Shown here in pieces: positions 7,604 through 18,180 of a stretch of DNA of 51,651 bases. Location of the stretch: assembly GCA_038874655.1 (NCBI GenBank), contig JAVZBY010000002.1, positions 150,050 through 201,700 of the forward strand, given 5' to 3'. The position numbers and the translations under genes are program-made. Position 1 is the stretch's first letter. The number at the start of each line of letters is the position of its first letter. The notes below the pieces were generated by a model. It ran no database searches, was not told the DNA's origin, and was given only the letters and a program-made list of their open reading frames with translations. Source of the stretch: Candidatus Woesearchaeota archaeon. Lineage in GTDB: Archaea; Nanobdellota; Nanobdellia; Woesearchaeales; GW2011-AR15.

Positions 7604-8762
7604 ATGACAATAAACTTAGAAGAAATAACTAATTTATTTTATAATAGGAATATAACTACTTTAAGGGAAATATCTAATTATTTTAATGTTGACTTAAATG
7701 AAATAAGATCTTTTTTTTGGGAGAATATAGATAATATTGAAATTATATTAAGAAAAAATAAAGAACCAGACTGGAATAATGAAATTAATGGCTTATTAGG
7801 AGCTTATAAAGCACTAAAAAAACTAGGTTATGATTTTTATGCATCTCCAGAAGAAAAAGCGAGATTTATTAGAAAAGCAACAAAAGGATATAGAGGTTTA
7901 CATGATTTCTTTGCTAGATTAGGATTAAGATTTTTATCAAGAGGCAGAACTTATTTAACTCATTCTATTGAAGGTATTTTTGAATTTTTAGATCCTTCAG
8001 TTATCCCTTATTTGAATATAGATAGGCAAAGTGATAGACCTATAGAAAATATTATTAATTTGTTAAGAAATGCATTAATTAATGAGGGATACCACCCAGA
8101 ATTAGATAAAACTTCTAAAAACAATATTATTAGTTCAATTTATAAAAGATATGGTAGTTTTAATAAATTTTTAAACTTCTATAGTATACCCTCAACTTTT
8201 AAAAATCAAGGATACAATATTCATCTAATAGATTTACTAAAAGAAATTGATGAAGAATTTGAACTTAATCCAAAATGGCAAAGAAATGCAAAAGCACAAG
8301 AAGAAGGTTATACCTTTCAAAAAAAAGTATTAGTCTATTTAGAGTCTCTTTTTGAAAATCTTGGTCTAACTATTTCTGCTGAAACAGAAGGAGATAATAC
8401 AACTCTCCCTAATTACCAAAGACCAGATTTTCTCATTAAATATCACCAGATTGTTGTTTATATTGGAGATGCAAAAAAAAACATTGAACACATTGATAAG
8501 AAACTTAAATTGGAGGTCTTACTTGAATTATGCTGATGTTATTTTATTTGTTGGTGAAACTCTTGATGCTAAATCATTATCTAAATTAGAAAATAGATTG
8601 AAAAGTAAAGGATTAGATTATGTTGGAAATAAAAATTATGTAACACCTGAAGGCATTTGTGTTATTAAATATGATTTTGAAAATGGCAGAAGCTTATATT
8701 TATACTATGTTAATGAGACTCAACAATCAAGTATGATAAAACGAGCAAAAAGATACTATTAA
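7604..8762 (+). pseudogene. PD-(D/E)xK-type nuclease split by a +1 frameshift (ORFs 7604-8536 and 8451-8762)
   Basis: EGYTFQKKV...RPDFLIK...IGDAKK motif is followed by an A9 run (8473-8481). The overlapping +1 frame continues ...YLNYADVILFVGE. Confidence 0.55.
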
Positions 8763-8768
8763 TCTAAT

Positions 8769-8945
8769 TTAATTAGGTCTAATTATTTTATAAAGCTCTA
8801 AACCACCAAAACAAATCAAGCACCCAATAAAAATTATTTCTTTCTCTAAATTCAATATCATAAAAATGCTTGTTAAAAAACCTAGAACAGCATAAACAGG
8901 AATGAATTTTTTTTCTTTTAGTTTATCTTTTAATTTTTTCTTAAT
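8769..8945 (-). CDS. 58-codon two-TM reading frame in frame after the nucleotidyltransferase stop (micro-ORF, readthrough tail or permease remnant)
   Basis: IKKKLKDKLKEKKFIPVYAVLGFLTSIFMILNLEKEIIFIGCLICFGGLELYKIIRPN*; begins with ATT directly after the TAA. Confidence 0.35.
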   Translation of the reverse strand: MKKKLKDKLKEKKFIPVYAVLGFLTSIFMILNLEKEIIFIGCLICFGGLELYKIIRPN

Positions 8946-9962
8946 TTATTCACCACTATAACTTATCTCTGAATTATCACCTACATTCAATTTTTCAATA
9001 ATATCATTTACAACAGCATTTTCACCTATCAAAGAATCAGTAAATTGAGCATTTTCAATAACAGAGCCTTTGTTAATTATACTATTTCTCACAATTGAAG
9101 TACTTATTTTTACATCATCAGATATAGAAACATAAGGCCCAATAATTGAATTTTTCAAAACAACGCCTTTACCAATATAAACAGGAGGGATTATAATAGA
9201 ATTTTCTTCAATTGTATATGGTTTCCCATTATTTTTATCTTGTTTTTGTTTTAATAAAAATCTATTAGTTTCTAATAATGTTTCAGGTTTTCCACAATCA
9301 AACCAACCTTCCATTTGAAATGTTGTTATATAAGCATTTTTTTCAATCATAATCTTAAAAGCATCAGTTAAAAAGAATTCACCTTTGGTTTTTCTATCTG
9401 TTTTTATCATTTCATCAAGAGCATCAAATAATAATTTTGTATTATTTATAAAATATATTCCAATCATTGCATCCATTGGTTTAACATAATCTGGTTTTTC
9501 TACAACATCAACAACCTTATCGCCTTTTAATTCAACAACACCAAATCTTCTTGGATCTTCAACTCTTTTTACTGCTAAGGCAGCATCCTTTTTTGTTTTT
9601 AATCCCTGTTTCATATCACCAATGAATATTGTATCACCATAAATTATCAAAATCGGCTCGTTTTTATTTATAAAAGGTTCAGCTAAATAAATAGCATGTC
9701 CAGGCCCCATTGGTTTTTCTTGATAAGCAAAAGCAAAATTCATATCTGGATAATTTGCTTCAACATAATCTTTTATTTTACTTCCTAAATAACCTAAAAT
9801 TAAAACAACATCTTTAATGCCTAATTCTTTAACTTGATCTAATATATGTCCTAGTATTGGTTTTCCAGCAACATGCAATAGTGCTTTTGGCAAAGTAAAT
9901 GTATGTGGCCTTAATCTAGTTCCAAATCCAGCAACAGGAATAACAGATTTTATTTTTATCAC
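8946..9962 (-). CDS. Sugar-phosphate nucleotidyltransferase (long-form glucose-1-phosphate thymidylyltransferase-like)
   Basis: IPVAGFGTRLRPHT..LPK, IYGD, FGVV..VEKP, WFDCGKP, C-terminal hexapeptide repeats. Confidence 0.9.
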   Translation of the reverse strand: MIKIKSVIPVAGFGTRLRPHTFTLPKALLHVAGKPILGHILDQVKELGIKDVVLILGYLGSKIKDYVEANYPDMNFAFAYQEKPMGPGHAIYLAEPFINKNEPILIIYGDTIFIGDMKQGLKTKKDAALAVKRVEDPRRFGVVELKGDKVVDVVEKPDYVKPMDAMIGIYFINNTKLLFDALDEMIKTDRKTKGEFFLTDAFKIMIEKNAYITTFQMEGWFDCGKPETLLETNRFLLKQKQDKNNGKPYTIEENSIIIPPVYIGKGVVLKNSIIGPYVSISDDVKISTSIVRNSIINKGSVIENAQFTDSLIGENAVVNDIIEKLNVGDNSEISYSGE

Positions 9963-10086
9963 CTTCTAATTAAAGTTTTTATATTTCAGTTATTTTCTCT
10001 AATTAATCTTTTAAAAAATTATTTCTTATTTAAGATTTTTTGTTTTTATAATTCCAATTTAAATCATGTTTTTATAAATTAATAAA

Positions 10087-11997
10087 CTATTTTTTTAATT
10101 TATTTGAAATTAATATAATTAAAAGAAAACCCAAAAAACAATAACTAATCAAATAAAATAACTCAAAATTAACAAATTTAAAATTAATCAATTTTAAAAA
10201 TAAATTTAAATCCATACCAAACTCAAAAATCAATATCTTTCTAAATAAACCAGATGCCAAAACAAAAGGATTTTTACTTGCAAAAAAAGAAGCACTTTTA
10301 GGCATAATCTCTAATGGAGTAATTGCATCACTGAATAAAAAGAAACCTAAAACTAAAAAAGTAGTTGTTAAAATTGAAGCTTGCTCATTTCTTATTAGAA
10401 TAGCAATTATTAATCCTATATAGATAAAAATTAATGAAATCAAAAATATAACTAAAAACAAGCTTAAAAAATTTGAAAAAACATTTATTTTAAAACTATA
10501 ATAAGCAACTAACAAAAGCACAATAACCTGTAAAAAAACAACTAATATAATTGTTATTATCAATCCAAAAATAAAAATTAAGATATTAATTGGTGTTATT
10601 TTATTTCTGTAAAACGCTTTTGAATTAAATTCACTCAACGAAACAATATTAGAAAACAAAGCACTAATGAAAATAATAATTATTGCTAGCATTCCTGGAA
10701 ATGCTATCTTTATATTTTCTAAACCAGGTTTTACTGGCTCAAAATTTTGCAATATAGGTTTAATCAATTTTTCAGCTAAACCTGGTTCCAATTTTGATAG
10801 CTGAACTAAACTTCTATCCAAATCTTTTTGAATTTCTCTCACAGCAGTGACAGAATAATCAATTTTAATAATATATTGTTCTGTTAATTCCAAATCTTTT
10901 TCTAGCATAAAATTTAAATCATCCATTAATTTAATTGCAGAATCAAATTCTCTTTTTTGATCATTAGTATAGTTATAATATCTATCAATGCTTTTTTTGA
11001 AGTTAAAAATAGAATTTTCAACTTTTTCTATTGAAATAATAGTTGCTAAAATTAAAAAATCTTTTTCAGTATAATTTATTTCATAAAAATTTAAATTATC
11101 TAAATAAAAAACACTATTATTGATAATTGTTAAATTTAATTCATCTAATTTTCCAATAATCTCTGTATCATTATCTTGAGATATATTAGAATTCAATAAA
11201 TACATAATTTTGCCAGATTCTTCATAAGTCTTTATAACATAAAAATTATTAGAATACAAAATCAAATTTTTTTTCAATTTATCTAAATTCTCCAATAGTG
11301 ATAAAGTATTATTATTTAATTCATCATAACTTTGATTAACATTTTTACTTGCATTATTTAATCTTATTTGCAAGTCCTTGCTTTTATTATAGATTGGTAA
11401 AAATTCCTCTCTAATTTCAATTAATCTTTTTTTTCTCTCAATTAAATCTTGTTTTATTTGATAAGATTGATTAATTAACAAATCAATATCATCCCTTTTT
11501 TGTTTTAGATAAATAACTAATCCTTGAACATTAGCAAAGATTGTTTTAGCACTCTCAATACTAATTTTTTCACTTTCATTTCCGAAATAATCAGAAAAAG
11601 CATCCACAATTCTATTTGAAAGTGCTTTTTTGGAATTATCAAAATAAAAGGTTATTGCACCAGAAGGAATATCATTATTATCATCACTTTTTTTTATATA
11701 ATACTCAATACATAAATGTAATTTTTGTAAATTAATATCCTTGATACAATCATCCACTTTTTCATATTTATATATTGTGGCAAATGTAAAATTTTTGAAA
11801 TTATTTTCAACAAAAGAAATATCATTAGAGACAACACCCAAATTAATATCATGTAATTCATTTCCAGAATACGCAAAACCTATTAATAGTATTAAGGTTA
11901 ATGGGCCTATAACTAATAAAAATAAAGAACTTAAATTTCTAAATAATATCTTAAAATTCTTATATTGTTCAAATAATAATCTTTTAAATATTTTCAT
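10087..11997 (-). CDS. ABC-2 type permease with large coiled-coil extracellular region (YhgE/Pip-like architecture)
   Basis: N-terminal TM, long helical region, C-terminal multi-TM with FS...PLE.MP...NPF; adjacent to an ABC ATPase. Confidence 0.8.
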   Translation of the reverse strand: MKIFKRLLFEQYKNFKILFRNLSSLFLLVIGPLTLILLIGFAYSGNELHDINLGVVSNDISFVENNFKNFTFATIYKYEKVDDCIKDINLQKLHLCIEYYIKKSDDNNDIPSGAITFYFDNSKKALSNRIVDAFSDYFGNESEKISIESAKTIFANVQGLVIYLKQKRDDIDLLINQSYQIKQDLIERKKRLIEIREEFLPIYNKSKDLQIRLNNASKNVNQSYDELNNNTLSLLENLDKLKKNLILYSNNFYVIKTYEESGKIMYLLNSNISQDNDTEIIGKLDELNLTIINNSVFYLDNLNFYEINYTEKDFLILATIISIEKVENSIFNFKKSIDRYYNYTNDQKREFDSAIKLMDDLNFMLEKDLELTEQYIIKIDYSVTAVREIQKDLDRSLVQLSKLEPGLAEKLIKPILQNFEPVKPGLENIKIAFPGMLAIIIIFISALFSNIVSLSEFNSKAFYRNKITPINILIFIFGLIITIILVVFLQVIVLLLVAYYSFKINVFSNFLSLFLVIFLISLIFIYIGLIIAILIRNEQASILTTTFLVLGFFLFSDAITPLEIMPKSASFFASKNPFVLASGLFRKILIFEFGMDLNLFLKLINFKFVNFELFYLISYCFLGFLLIILISNKLKK

Positions 11998-12100
11998 TTT
12001 ATTAATTTTTTTTAATTACTTTTAATTAAATTACTTTTAATTATTTTATTTTTAGATTTTTTATTTTATAATATCTTATATTTACAAATTTGTTAATATT

Positions 12101-12850
12101 TCAATTCGTAAATTCTTCAAATTCCTTTAATAAATCCATATTTTTATTTATATCCATAATCTTATATCTACCTTTACTTAACAAGCATACTTTATTACAA
12201 TTTTCAAGAATCTCTGGAAAAATATGACTAACTAAAATTATTGTTTTGCCTTTTTTGTTATAATTATTGACAATTTTCCAAAACTGCTTTACTAATAAAG
12301 GATCTAATCCTGTAGTAGGTTCATCTAAAATTAAAATTTCTGGTTCATGCAATAATGAAATTGCAAAATCCAGTCTTCTTTTCATGCCGCCTGATAATTT
12401 CTCTGCAATAGTGTTTAATGAATTATCTAATTCAACAGATTTTAGAATGTCTAAAATATAATCTTTTAAATATTCTTTTTTAACATCATAAAGATTAGCA
12501 TAATAAACCATATTCTCATAAACACTCAATTTATAATAAAAAGAATTTTCTTGTGTTGTTAATCCAATAATTTTTTTTAATTTATTATAATTTATTTCTT
12601 TTCCTTTGTATAAAATTTTTCCATCATCTGGTTTATAAATACCCATTAAAATATTCAACAAGGTGCTTTTTCCACTTCCACTTTTTCCTATAATACCTAA
12701 AACATCACCCTTATAGATTTTCAAATTAAAATTATCAATTATTTTTTTCTTGCCAAAACTTTTACTTATGTTAGAAAATTCTATAATTACATTTTCATCT
12801 TTTTTTTTATCAATGTTTTCCTCTTTTTTATTTTCTTTACTAAAATGCAT
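12101..12850 (-). CDS. ABC transporter ATP-binding protein
   Basis: GKSGSGKST, LSGGMKRR, ILILDEPTTGLD, VSH. Confidence 0.95.
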   Translation of the reverse strand: MHFSKENKKEENIDKKKDENVIIEFSNISKSFGKKKIIDNFNLKIYKGDVLGIIGKSGSGKSTLLNILMGIYKPDDGKILYKGKEINYNKLKKIIGLTTQENSFYYKLSVYENMVYYANLYDVKKEYLKDYILDILKSVELDNSLNTIAEKLSGGMKRRLDFAISLLHEPEILILDEPTTGLDPLLVKQFWKIVNNYNKKGKTIILVSHIFPEILENCNKVCLLSKGRYKIMDINKNMDLLKEFEEFTN

Positions 12851-12892
12851 ATTAAAAATTAATTGTTTTTGTTTTATAAGTTTTTCTTAATT

Positions 12893-13897
12893 TTAATCTC
12901 GCCATCTAACCTCAACATCATCAGTTCTTTCATATGGTTTTATTTTTGCTTCTTCTGTTTTTATAGTAATTCCATTTTTATACATCAATAAACCTAACCA
13001 AGCTATCATTAAACCATTATCCACTAAAAACTCATTAGGTGGAGCAAAAAATTTTGCATTTCTATCTTTACACATAATTGAGCACATTTCCTTTAATCTT
13101 TTATTACAACCAACTCCACCACCAATAATTAATTCATTTTTATCACAATGTGCCATTGCTCTTTCACTAACTTCAACTAGCATAGAAAAACTAGTTTCTT
13201 GCAATGAATATGCTAAATCTTCAATTTTGTATTTATTTGATTTTAGTTTATTTTTTAAATTAGTTAATACTCCACCGAATGAAACATCCATACCTTTGAC
13301 AACATAAGGCAATTCTATATAATTGGAACTTTTTTTTGCTAATTCCTCTATTTTTGGACCACCAGGAAAACCCAATCCAAATTCTCTAGCAACAGAATCT
13401 AATAAATTTCCTATTCCTATATCTAAAGTTTCACCAAAAATTCTATATTTGCCATTTTCATAAGCAATAACTTGAGTATTAGCGCCAGAAACATACAATA
13501 AAACAGGATCTTTGCATTCTGAAAATAATAATCTGCCAATTTCTAAATGAGCAATACAATGATTAACACCTATTAATGGTTTATTATACTTCAATGATAA
13601 GGATTTAGCAAAAACACTTCCTATTCTTAAAGAATGAGCAATTCCAGGCCCTATTGAAAAAGCAATAGCATCTACTTCATTAATAGATATATTAGCTTTA
13701 TTTAGTGCTTCATTATATAGCTTATCACAAACCTCTAAATGATGTTCAGCCATCTTAACAGGGATTAAGCCACCTGTTTTTGTTGTATAAATATCTCTAA
13801 CATTAGATAAAATTTTTTTCTCTTGTTTTTTTACATCCTCAAAAACAATTCCAACTCCAAAAGTATGAGCAGTTGATTCAATTCCTAAAACAATCAT
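12893..13897 (-). CDS. kae1: tRNA t6A threonylcarbamoyltransferase Kae1 (stand-alone)
   Basis: LGIESTAHT, VNHCIAHLEIG, YVSGANTQ, GETLDIGIGN, DNG.MIAW. Confidence 0.95.
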   Translation of the reverse strand: MIVLGIESTAHTFGVGIVFEDVKKQEKKILSNVRDIYTTKTGGLIPVKMAEHHLEVCDKLYNEALNKANISINEVDAIAFSIGPGIAHSLRIGSVFAKSLSLKYNKPLIGVNHCIAHLEIGRLLFSECKDPVLLYVSGANTQVIAYENGKYRIFGETLDIGIGNLLDSVAREFGLGFPGGPKIEELAKKSSNYIELPYVVKGMDVSFGGVLTNLKNKLKSNKYKIEDLAYSLQETSFSMLVEVSERAMAHCDKNELIIGGGVGCNKRLKEMCSIMCKDRNAKFFAPPNEFLVDNGLMIAWLGLLMYKNGITIKTEEAKIKPYERTDDVEVRWRD

Positions 13898-13962
13898 AAA
13901 ACTTTTAGAAATAACTTGTTTTAAAAAATTTATTCATAATTTATCATAAATATTTTAAATTT

Positions 13963-14355
13963 TTAAGCATCATAATGCCATCTCCTTGCATGAGGAGGAA
14001 TATAATTTTTAGGTTTATAATCTACTACACTTTCACTTTCTCCTAATAAAATAACAGCATTATTTCTTATTTTTTCAATTTCTCCTTTATATCTACTAAA
14101 AAACCCATCTGTTGGGATTTTTTCGTTTAATTTAGTTAATAAGTTAATAGCTTTTTCATATTGGTTTATTCCTACATATTGTGAAGCAATTAATAAAGAA
14201 TTTTCTATAATTCCAATTTGTTGTCCTAAATTATATGTCTCAAAATTTTTTATAGAATCTAAGACAATTTCTAGAGATGTATCTAAATATTTTTCAGCTA
14301 CTTTTCTATTAGAAATTAAATTTAAACCAATCAATCTTAAAACTTCTTCAAGCAT
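13963..14355 (-). CDS. Hypothetical helical (TPR-like) protein
   Basis: 130-aa ORF with a QYEKAINLL TPR-like segment; no family recognised. Confidence 0.55.
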   Translation of the reverse strand: MLEEVLRLIGLNLISNRKVAEKYLDTSLEIVLDSIKNFETYNLGQQIGIIENSLLIASQYVGINQYEKAINLLTKLNEKIPTDGFFSRYKGEIEKIRNNAVILLGESESVVDYKPKNYIPPHARRWHYDA

Positions 14356-14527
14356 TAAATTTTCATATTTTTTTTATATTTAAATTTATGTTAATCACAG
14401 CTTAAATTAACAAATTAAATATTCCTATATTTTTTATACTAATTTTTTCATACTAAAATAAATTTTTTACTAATAATTTACTAACTAAATCGCAAACTAT
14501 AAAAAGAAACTAAAATTAATTTTTTTT

Positions 14528-15595
14528 ATGGCATTATTTGATGATATCTTAAAAAGCAATGAATCTCTATTTATGGATGCTGTTGTTTTAGATTATGATT
14601 ATTTGCCAAAATTAATTCCTTATAGAGAAAAAGAACAAAAGCATATTGCTTTATGCATTAAACCTTTATTTTCTCATAGAAATGGCACAAATATCTTAAT
14701 TCATGGTCCACCAGGGGTAGGAAAAACAGCAGCAGTTAAGCACATATTCAAAGAATTAGAGGAAACTACAGATGAAGTAATTCCTATATATATAAATGTT
14801 TGGCAAAAAAACACTTCCTTTAAAGTTGTTATAGATATTTGTGAACAATTGGATTATGTTTTTACACAAAATAAAAAAACAGAAGAATTGTTTAAGATAA
14901 TAGAAAATCAATTAAACAAAAAAGCTGTTGTTTTTTGTTTTGATGAGATTGATAAAGCAGAAGACCTGGATTTTTTATATTATATTCTTGAAAAAATTTA
15001 TAGAAAAACAATAATCTTAATAACAAACTATAAAGAATGGGCAATTGACTTAGATGAAAGATTAAAATCAAGATTAAATTTAGAATTATTAGAATTTAGA
15101 AAATATAATGAATCAGAAATAAAAGGCATTTTAGAAGAAAGAAAAAAATATGCATTTGTTCCAAATGTTTGGGATAATAATGCTTTTTTAAAAGTAGCAA
15201 AAAAAACAGCTGAAATAGGAGATGTTAGAACTGGTCTATATTTATTAAAAGAAGCAGGTAATATTGCAGAAAACAGGGCATCTAGAAAAATTGAGATTCA
15301 AGATGTAGAACAAGCAATCTCAAAAATAGCAGAGATAAAAACAAAAAAGACAGAAGAACTAAAAGAAGATGAACAATTAATATTAAACATAATTAAGGAA
15401 AACTCAGGTAAAAAAATAGGTGATTTATTTAATATCTATAAGCAAAAAGGCGGCTTAGGTGTTTATAAAACTTTTCAAAGAAAAATTGACTTTCTAAGTA
15501 AAAATAATTTCATAAGCACAAAAAAACAAACAAATGCAGAAGGCAACACAACCATAGTTAAATATGAAAGAGAAACTAAACTAGATGAGTTTTAA
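14528..15595 (+). CDS. cdc6: Cdc6/Orc1-family AAA+ ATPase
   Basis: LDYDYLP..IPYRE, GPPGVGKT, FDEID, RLKSRL, GDVR, C-terminal wHTH. Confidence 0.9.
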   Translation: MALFDDILKSNESLFMDAVVLDYDYLPKLIPYREKEQKHIALCIKPLFSHRNGTNILIHGPPGVGKTAAVKHIFKELEETTDEVIPIYINVWQKNTSFKVVIDICEQLDYVFTQNKKTEELFKIIENQLNKKAVVFCFDEIDKAEDLDFLYYILEKIYRKTIILITNYKEWAIDLDERLKSRLNLELLEFRKYNESEIKGILEERKKYAFVPNVWDNNAFLKVAKKTAEIGDVRTGLYLLKEAGNIAENRASRKIEIQDVEQAISKIAEIKTKKTEELKEDEQLILNIIKENSGKKIGDLFNIYKQKGGLGVYKTFQRKIDFLSKNNFISTKKQTNAEGNTTIVKYERETKLDEF

Positions 15596-15629
15596 ACTAT
15601 TTTCTTTTATTTTTTTTTAAAATAAATCT

Positions 15630-16505
15630 TTATTTTTGGATTAAATTCTTTTTTAGAATTTTATCAAGATAATACCCACTAATAATCAAACCTAGCACAT
15701 ATCCAATAAAATGAGAACTAATATTAATTCCCAAATCTAAAGCTTTGTCGATTGTAGGGAACAAAAATAAAAATACAATAAAATGAAGAACTAAAATTAA
15801 ACCGATTAAATATTTAATTTTCTTAAAATCCTCTCTATGAATTTTTGAAAATAAAAATAAAATTAATAAAAAAATGAAAATTAAAATAACAAAAAACGAG
15901 AAACTAAAATAATCAATGTACTTATTTAGATATAATCCATATGAATAAAAAATCACAAAAAAAATAGAAATTAATACTAAATTATACAAATTAAATTTCA
16001 TAAAATTATGTTTTTTTTCTTTTGAAATATAGTATAAAATTGAAGAAAAAAATACACCAAACAAAGCAAAAACAATTCCAGAGCTGCCACAACTAATAAT
16101 AGTAGCATTTGAATTAAATTTGAGTATTAAAAAAAATATTACTTCAATAAACCAATAACTCAAAATTAATAAAAAAAATAATTTTGATAATACCTTAATC
16201 TCTTCTAATTTGTAATAAATAAAACTGAGTGCAAAAACAATTAAAAAATAATATTTTAAATTAGAAAATAAATGATTTACATTTTCATGAATAAAAGAAC
16301 TAGTAAAAAATTGCCAAATTTCAGGTTTTGAAACATTTAGTTTTAAAATAAACTTAACAGATTCATTAGGAATGTAAAACAATAAAATCAACAACAAAGG
16401 AAAAATCAAAAAAATAGGTTGATTTAAAACATTAAAGATGCTTTTTAATATAAAGTCCAAATATGAAAACACTGTTTTAAATAACTTTTTTAAATATCCC
16501 TTCAT
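15630..16505 (-). CDS. Rhomboid-family intramembrane serine protease
   Basis: WQFFTSSFIH...HLFSN, GSSG and SHFIG motifs; multiple TM helices. Confidence 0.8.
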   Translation of the reverse strand: MKGYLKKLFKTVFSYLDFILKSIFNVLNQPIFLIFPLLLILLFYIPNESVKFILKLNVSKPEIWQFFTSSFIHENVNHLFSNLKYYFLIVFALSFIYYKLEEIKVLSKLFFLLILSYWFIEVIFFLILKFNSNATIISCGSSGIVFALFGVFFSSILYYISKEKKHNFMKFNLYNLVLISIFFVIFYSYGLYLNKYIDYFSFSFFVILIFIFLLILFLFSKIHREDFKKIKYLIGLILVLHFIVFLFLFPTIDKALDLGINISSHFIGYVLGLIISGYYLDKILKKNLIQK

Positions 16506-16667
16506 ATTTACTTTTGTCTAATATTTTTATCTTTTTATTTAATTTATATTATGCATTACAATAATGAGTATATATTATTCATTACTAGAATAATCCATAA
16601 TTAAATCTAACTTATTAATCTTTCTTTTAGCATCACTTTTAAATATACACAAAACAATCTTATTTAT

Positions 16668-17408
16668 ATGGTATCATTAAATCCAGAAAATTCAGAATCA
16701 AATGACATAATTACATATGATGCTCTTTTTGAATTAGTAAGAAATGAGAAAATTAAAGAAGAATTAATAAAAATCAATCCAAAAATTTATGATCAAATTA
16801 TCAATTATTTGAAAAGTAAATTAGAGATTTATAAAAATTTCAAAGCAAATGAGTCAGAAGCAGAAAAAATAAAAACACAAATAAATAGTGCAAGAAAATT
16901 AATAAAAGAGTGGTATGAAAAAAGAGAAAAAAAAATTGCTCTCTTAGCAATAACAAAATCAAGAATAAAAAATGTTGATGAATCCTCATTATTGCCTGAA
17001 GAAAAACTAATGCTAGATGAATTAACTCAAACATTAGAAAAGTATAGACAAAATATACTATTAAATCTAATAAATCTAAAAAAACCTATAATTGAAAATG
17101 AAAATAATAGAAATTTAGATATCCCAAAACCTATCTTGCAAAAAGAAAAAAATCTAAATCTGGAAGAGAAAAATTCTTCTACAAATATTATAATAAACAA
17201 AACCAACATAGAAGAAAAAAATGTTAATCTAAAAGAAATTAATCAAGCGGAAAAACAAATGCTTAAATTGAGAATTTTTGAAGATTTGCCTAAATTTTTA
17301 GGCACAAATTTAGAAGTTTATGGTCCTTATAAAGCAAATGAAATAATTGAATTGCCAAATGACTTAGCAGAAGTTATTATAAAAAGAAATAAAGGAGAAA
17401 AAATTTAA
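16668..17408 (+). CDS. GINS subunit, Gins51-like
   Basis: Helical A-domain with REKKI; C-terminal B-domain EDLPKFLG..L.VYGPY....I.LP..A. Confidence 0.75.
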   Translation: MVSLNPENSESNDIITYDALFELVRNEKIKEELIKINPKIYDQIINYLKSKLEIYKNFKANESEAEKIKTQINSARKLIKEWYEKREKKIALLAITKSRIKNVDESSLLPEEKLMLDELTQTLEKYRQNILLNLINLKKPIIENENNRNLDIPKPILQKEKNLNLEEKNSSTNIIINKTNIEEKNVNLKEINQAEKQMLKLRIFEDLPKFLGTNLEVYGPYKANEIIELPNDLAEVIIKRNKGEKI

Positions 17409-18064
17409 TTAAATTTTAAAACAGATAAAGCAGTAGATAAATCCTTATTCTCAATAACAATAAATAAATCTCTCCAACAACTCATTTCTTCTACAATATT
17501 AATACCTTTCTCACTAAACAAACTATAAACATAAGCAACTACACCAGGAGTTGTTTCAATCTTTTCGTCAAAAACAATAGATATTTTTATTAAATTTTGG
17601 TTTATTTTTAAAAGCCAATATCTTAATTTTTCCTTTAAAAAATTTAAAAATTTCATAGAAGTTATTATAGTATATGTTTCCTCTCCTTCAATTAAATTAA
17701 AATCTTCCTTCTCTTTTTTTATATATCTCTGTATAAAATTTATAATTTCAAAATCCTTAGGTTTTTCTATAATTGCAATTAAGATATTTGTTCTTACAAT
17801 TAATTTAGAATTTTTTAATAAATCTATGATTTCATTTTCTAACAAAATATTCTTACTATATCTTATATATAATCTTTGAATTGATATGAGAACTGCTTCA
17901 AATTTATTTAATTTTAAGTCTTTACAAATTTTTCTTGATAAAGCAGAATAATTTATTAATCCTTTTTCTAAACATTTTTTTATATCTGGATAATTATTAA
18001 TATAATCTTCAGTTTGTTTTGCAATACTCTTTCTTTCTATTACAATTTTTTTATTTTTTTTCAT
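17405..18064 (-). CDS. ACT-domain putative regulator divergent from argG
   Basis: N-terminal GLINYSALSRKI helix motif; C-terminal ACT TPGVVAYVYSLFSEKGINIVE. Confidence 0.75.
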   Translation of the reverse strand: MKKNKKIVIERKSIAKQTEDYINNYPDIKKCLEKGLINYSALSRKICKDLKLNKFEAVLISIQRLYIRYSKNILLENEIIDLLKNSKLIVRTNILIAIIEKPKDFEIINFIQRYIKKEKEDFNLIEGEETYTIITSMKFLNFLKEKLRYWLLKINQNLIKISIVFDEKIETTPGVVAYVYSLFSEKGINIVEEMSCWRDLFIVIENKDLSTALSVLKFN

Positions 18065-18089
18065 CTTACATAAATATAAGAAACAATAA

Positions 18090-18158
18090 TTTATAAATTT
18101 GTCTATTTTTATACATTTTTGATATAAAATATAACATTTTATACATCAACTTTATAAA
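18090..18158. promoter_or_regulatory. Divergent leaderless promoters with a repeated motif
   Basis: TTTATAAA at 18090-18097 and 18151-18158, each about 25 nt from an ATG. TTTTATACAT occurs at 18107 and 18137. Confidence 0.45.
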
Positions 18159-18180
18159 TTAAAAAATTAATTATTTTCTT

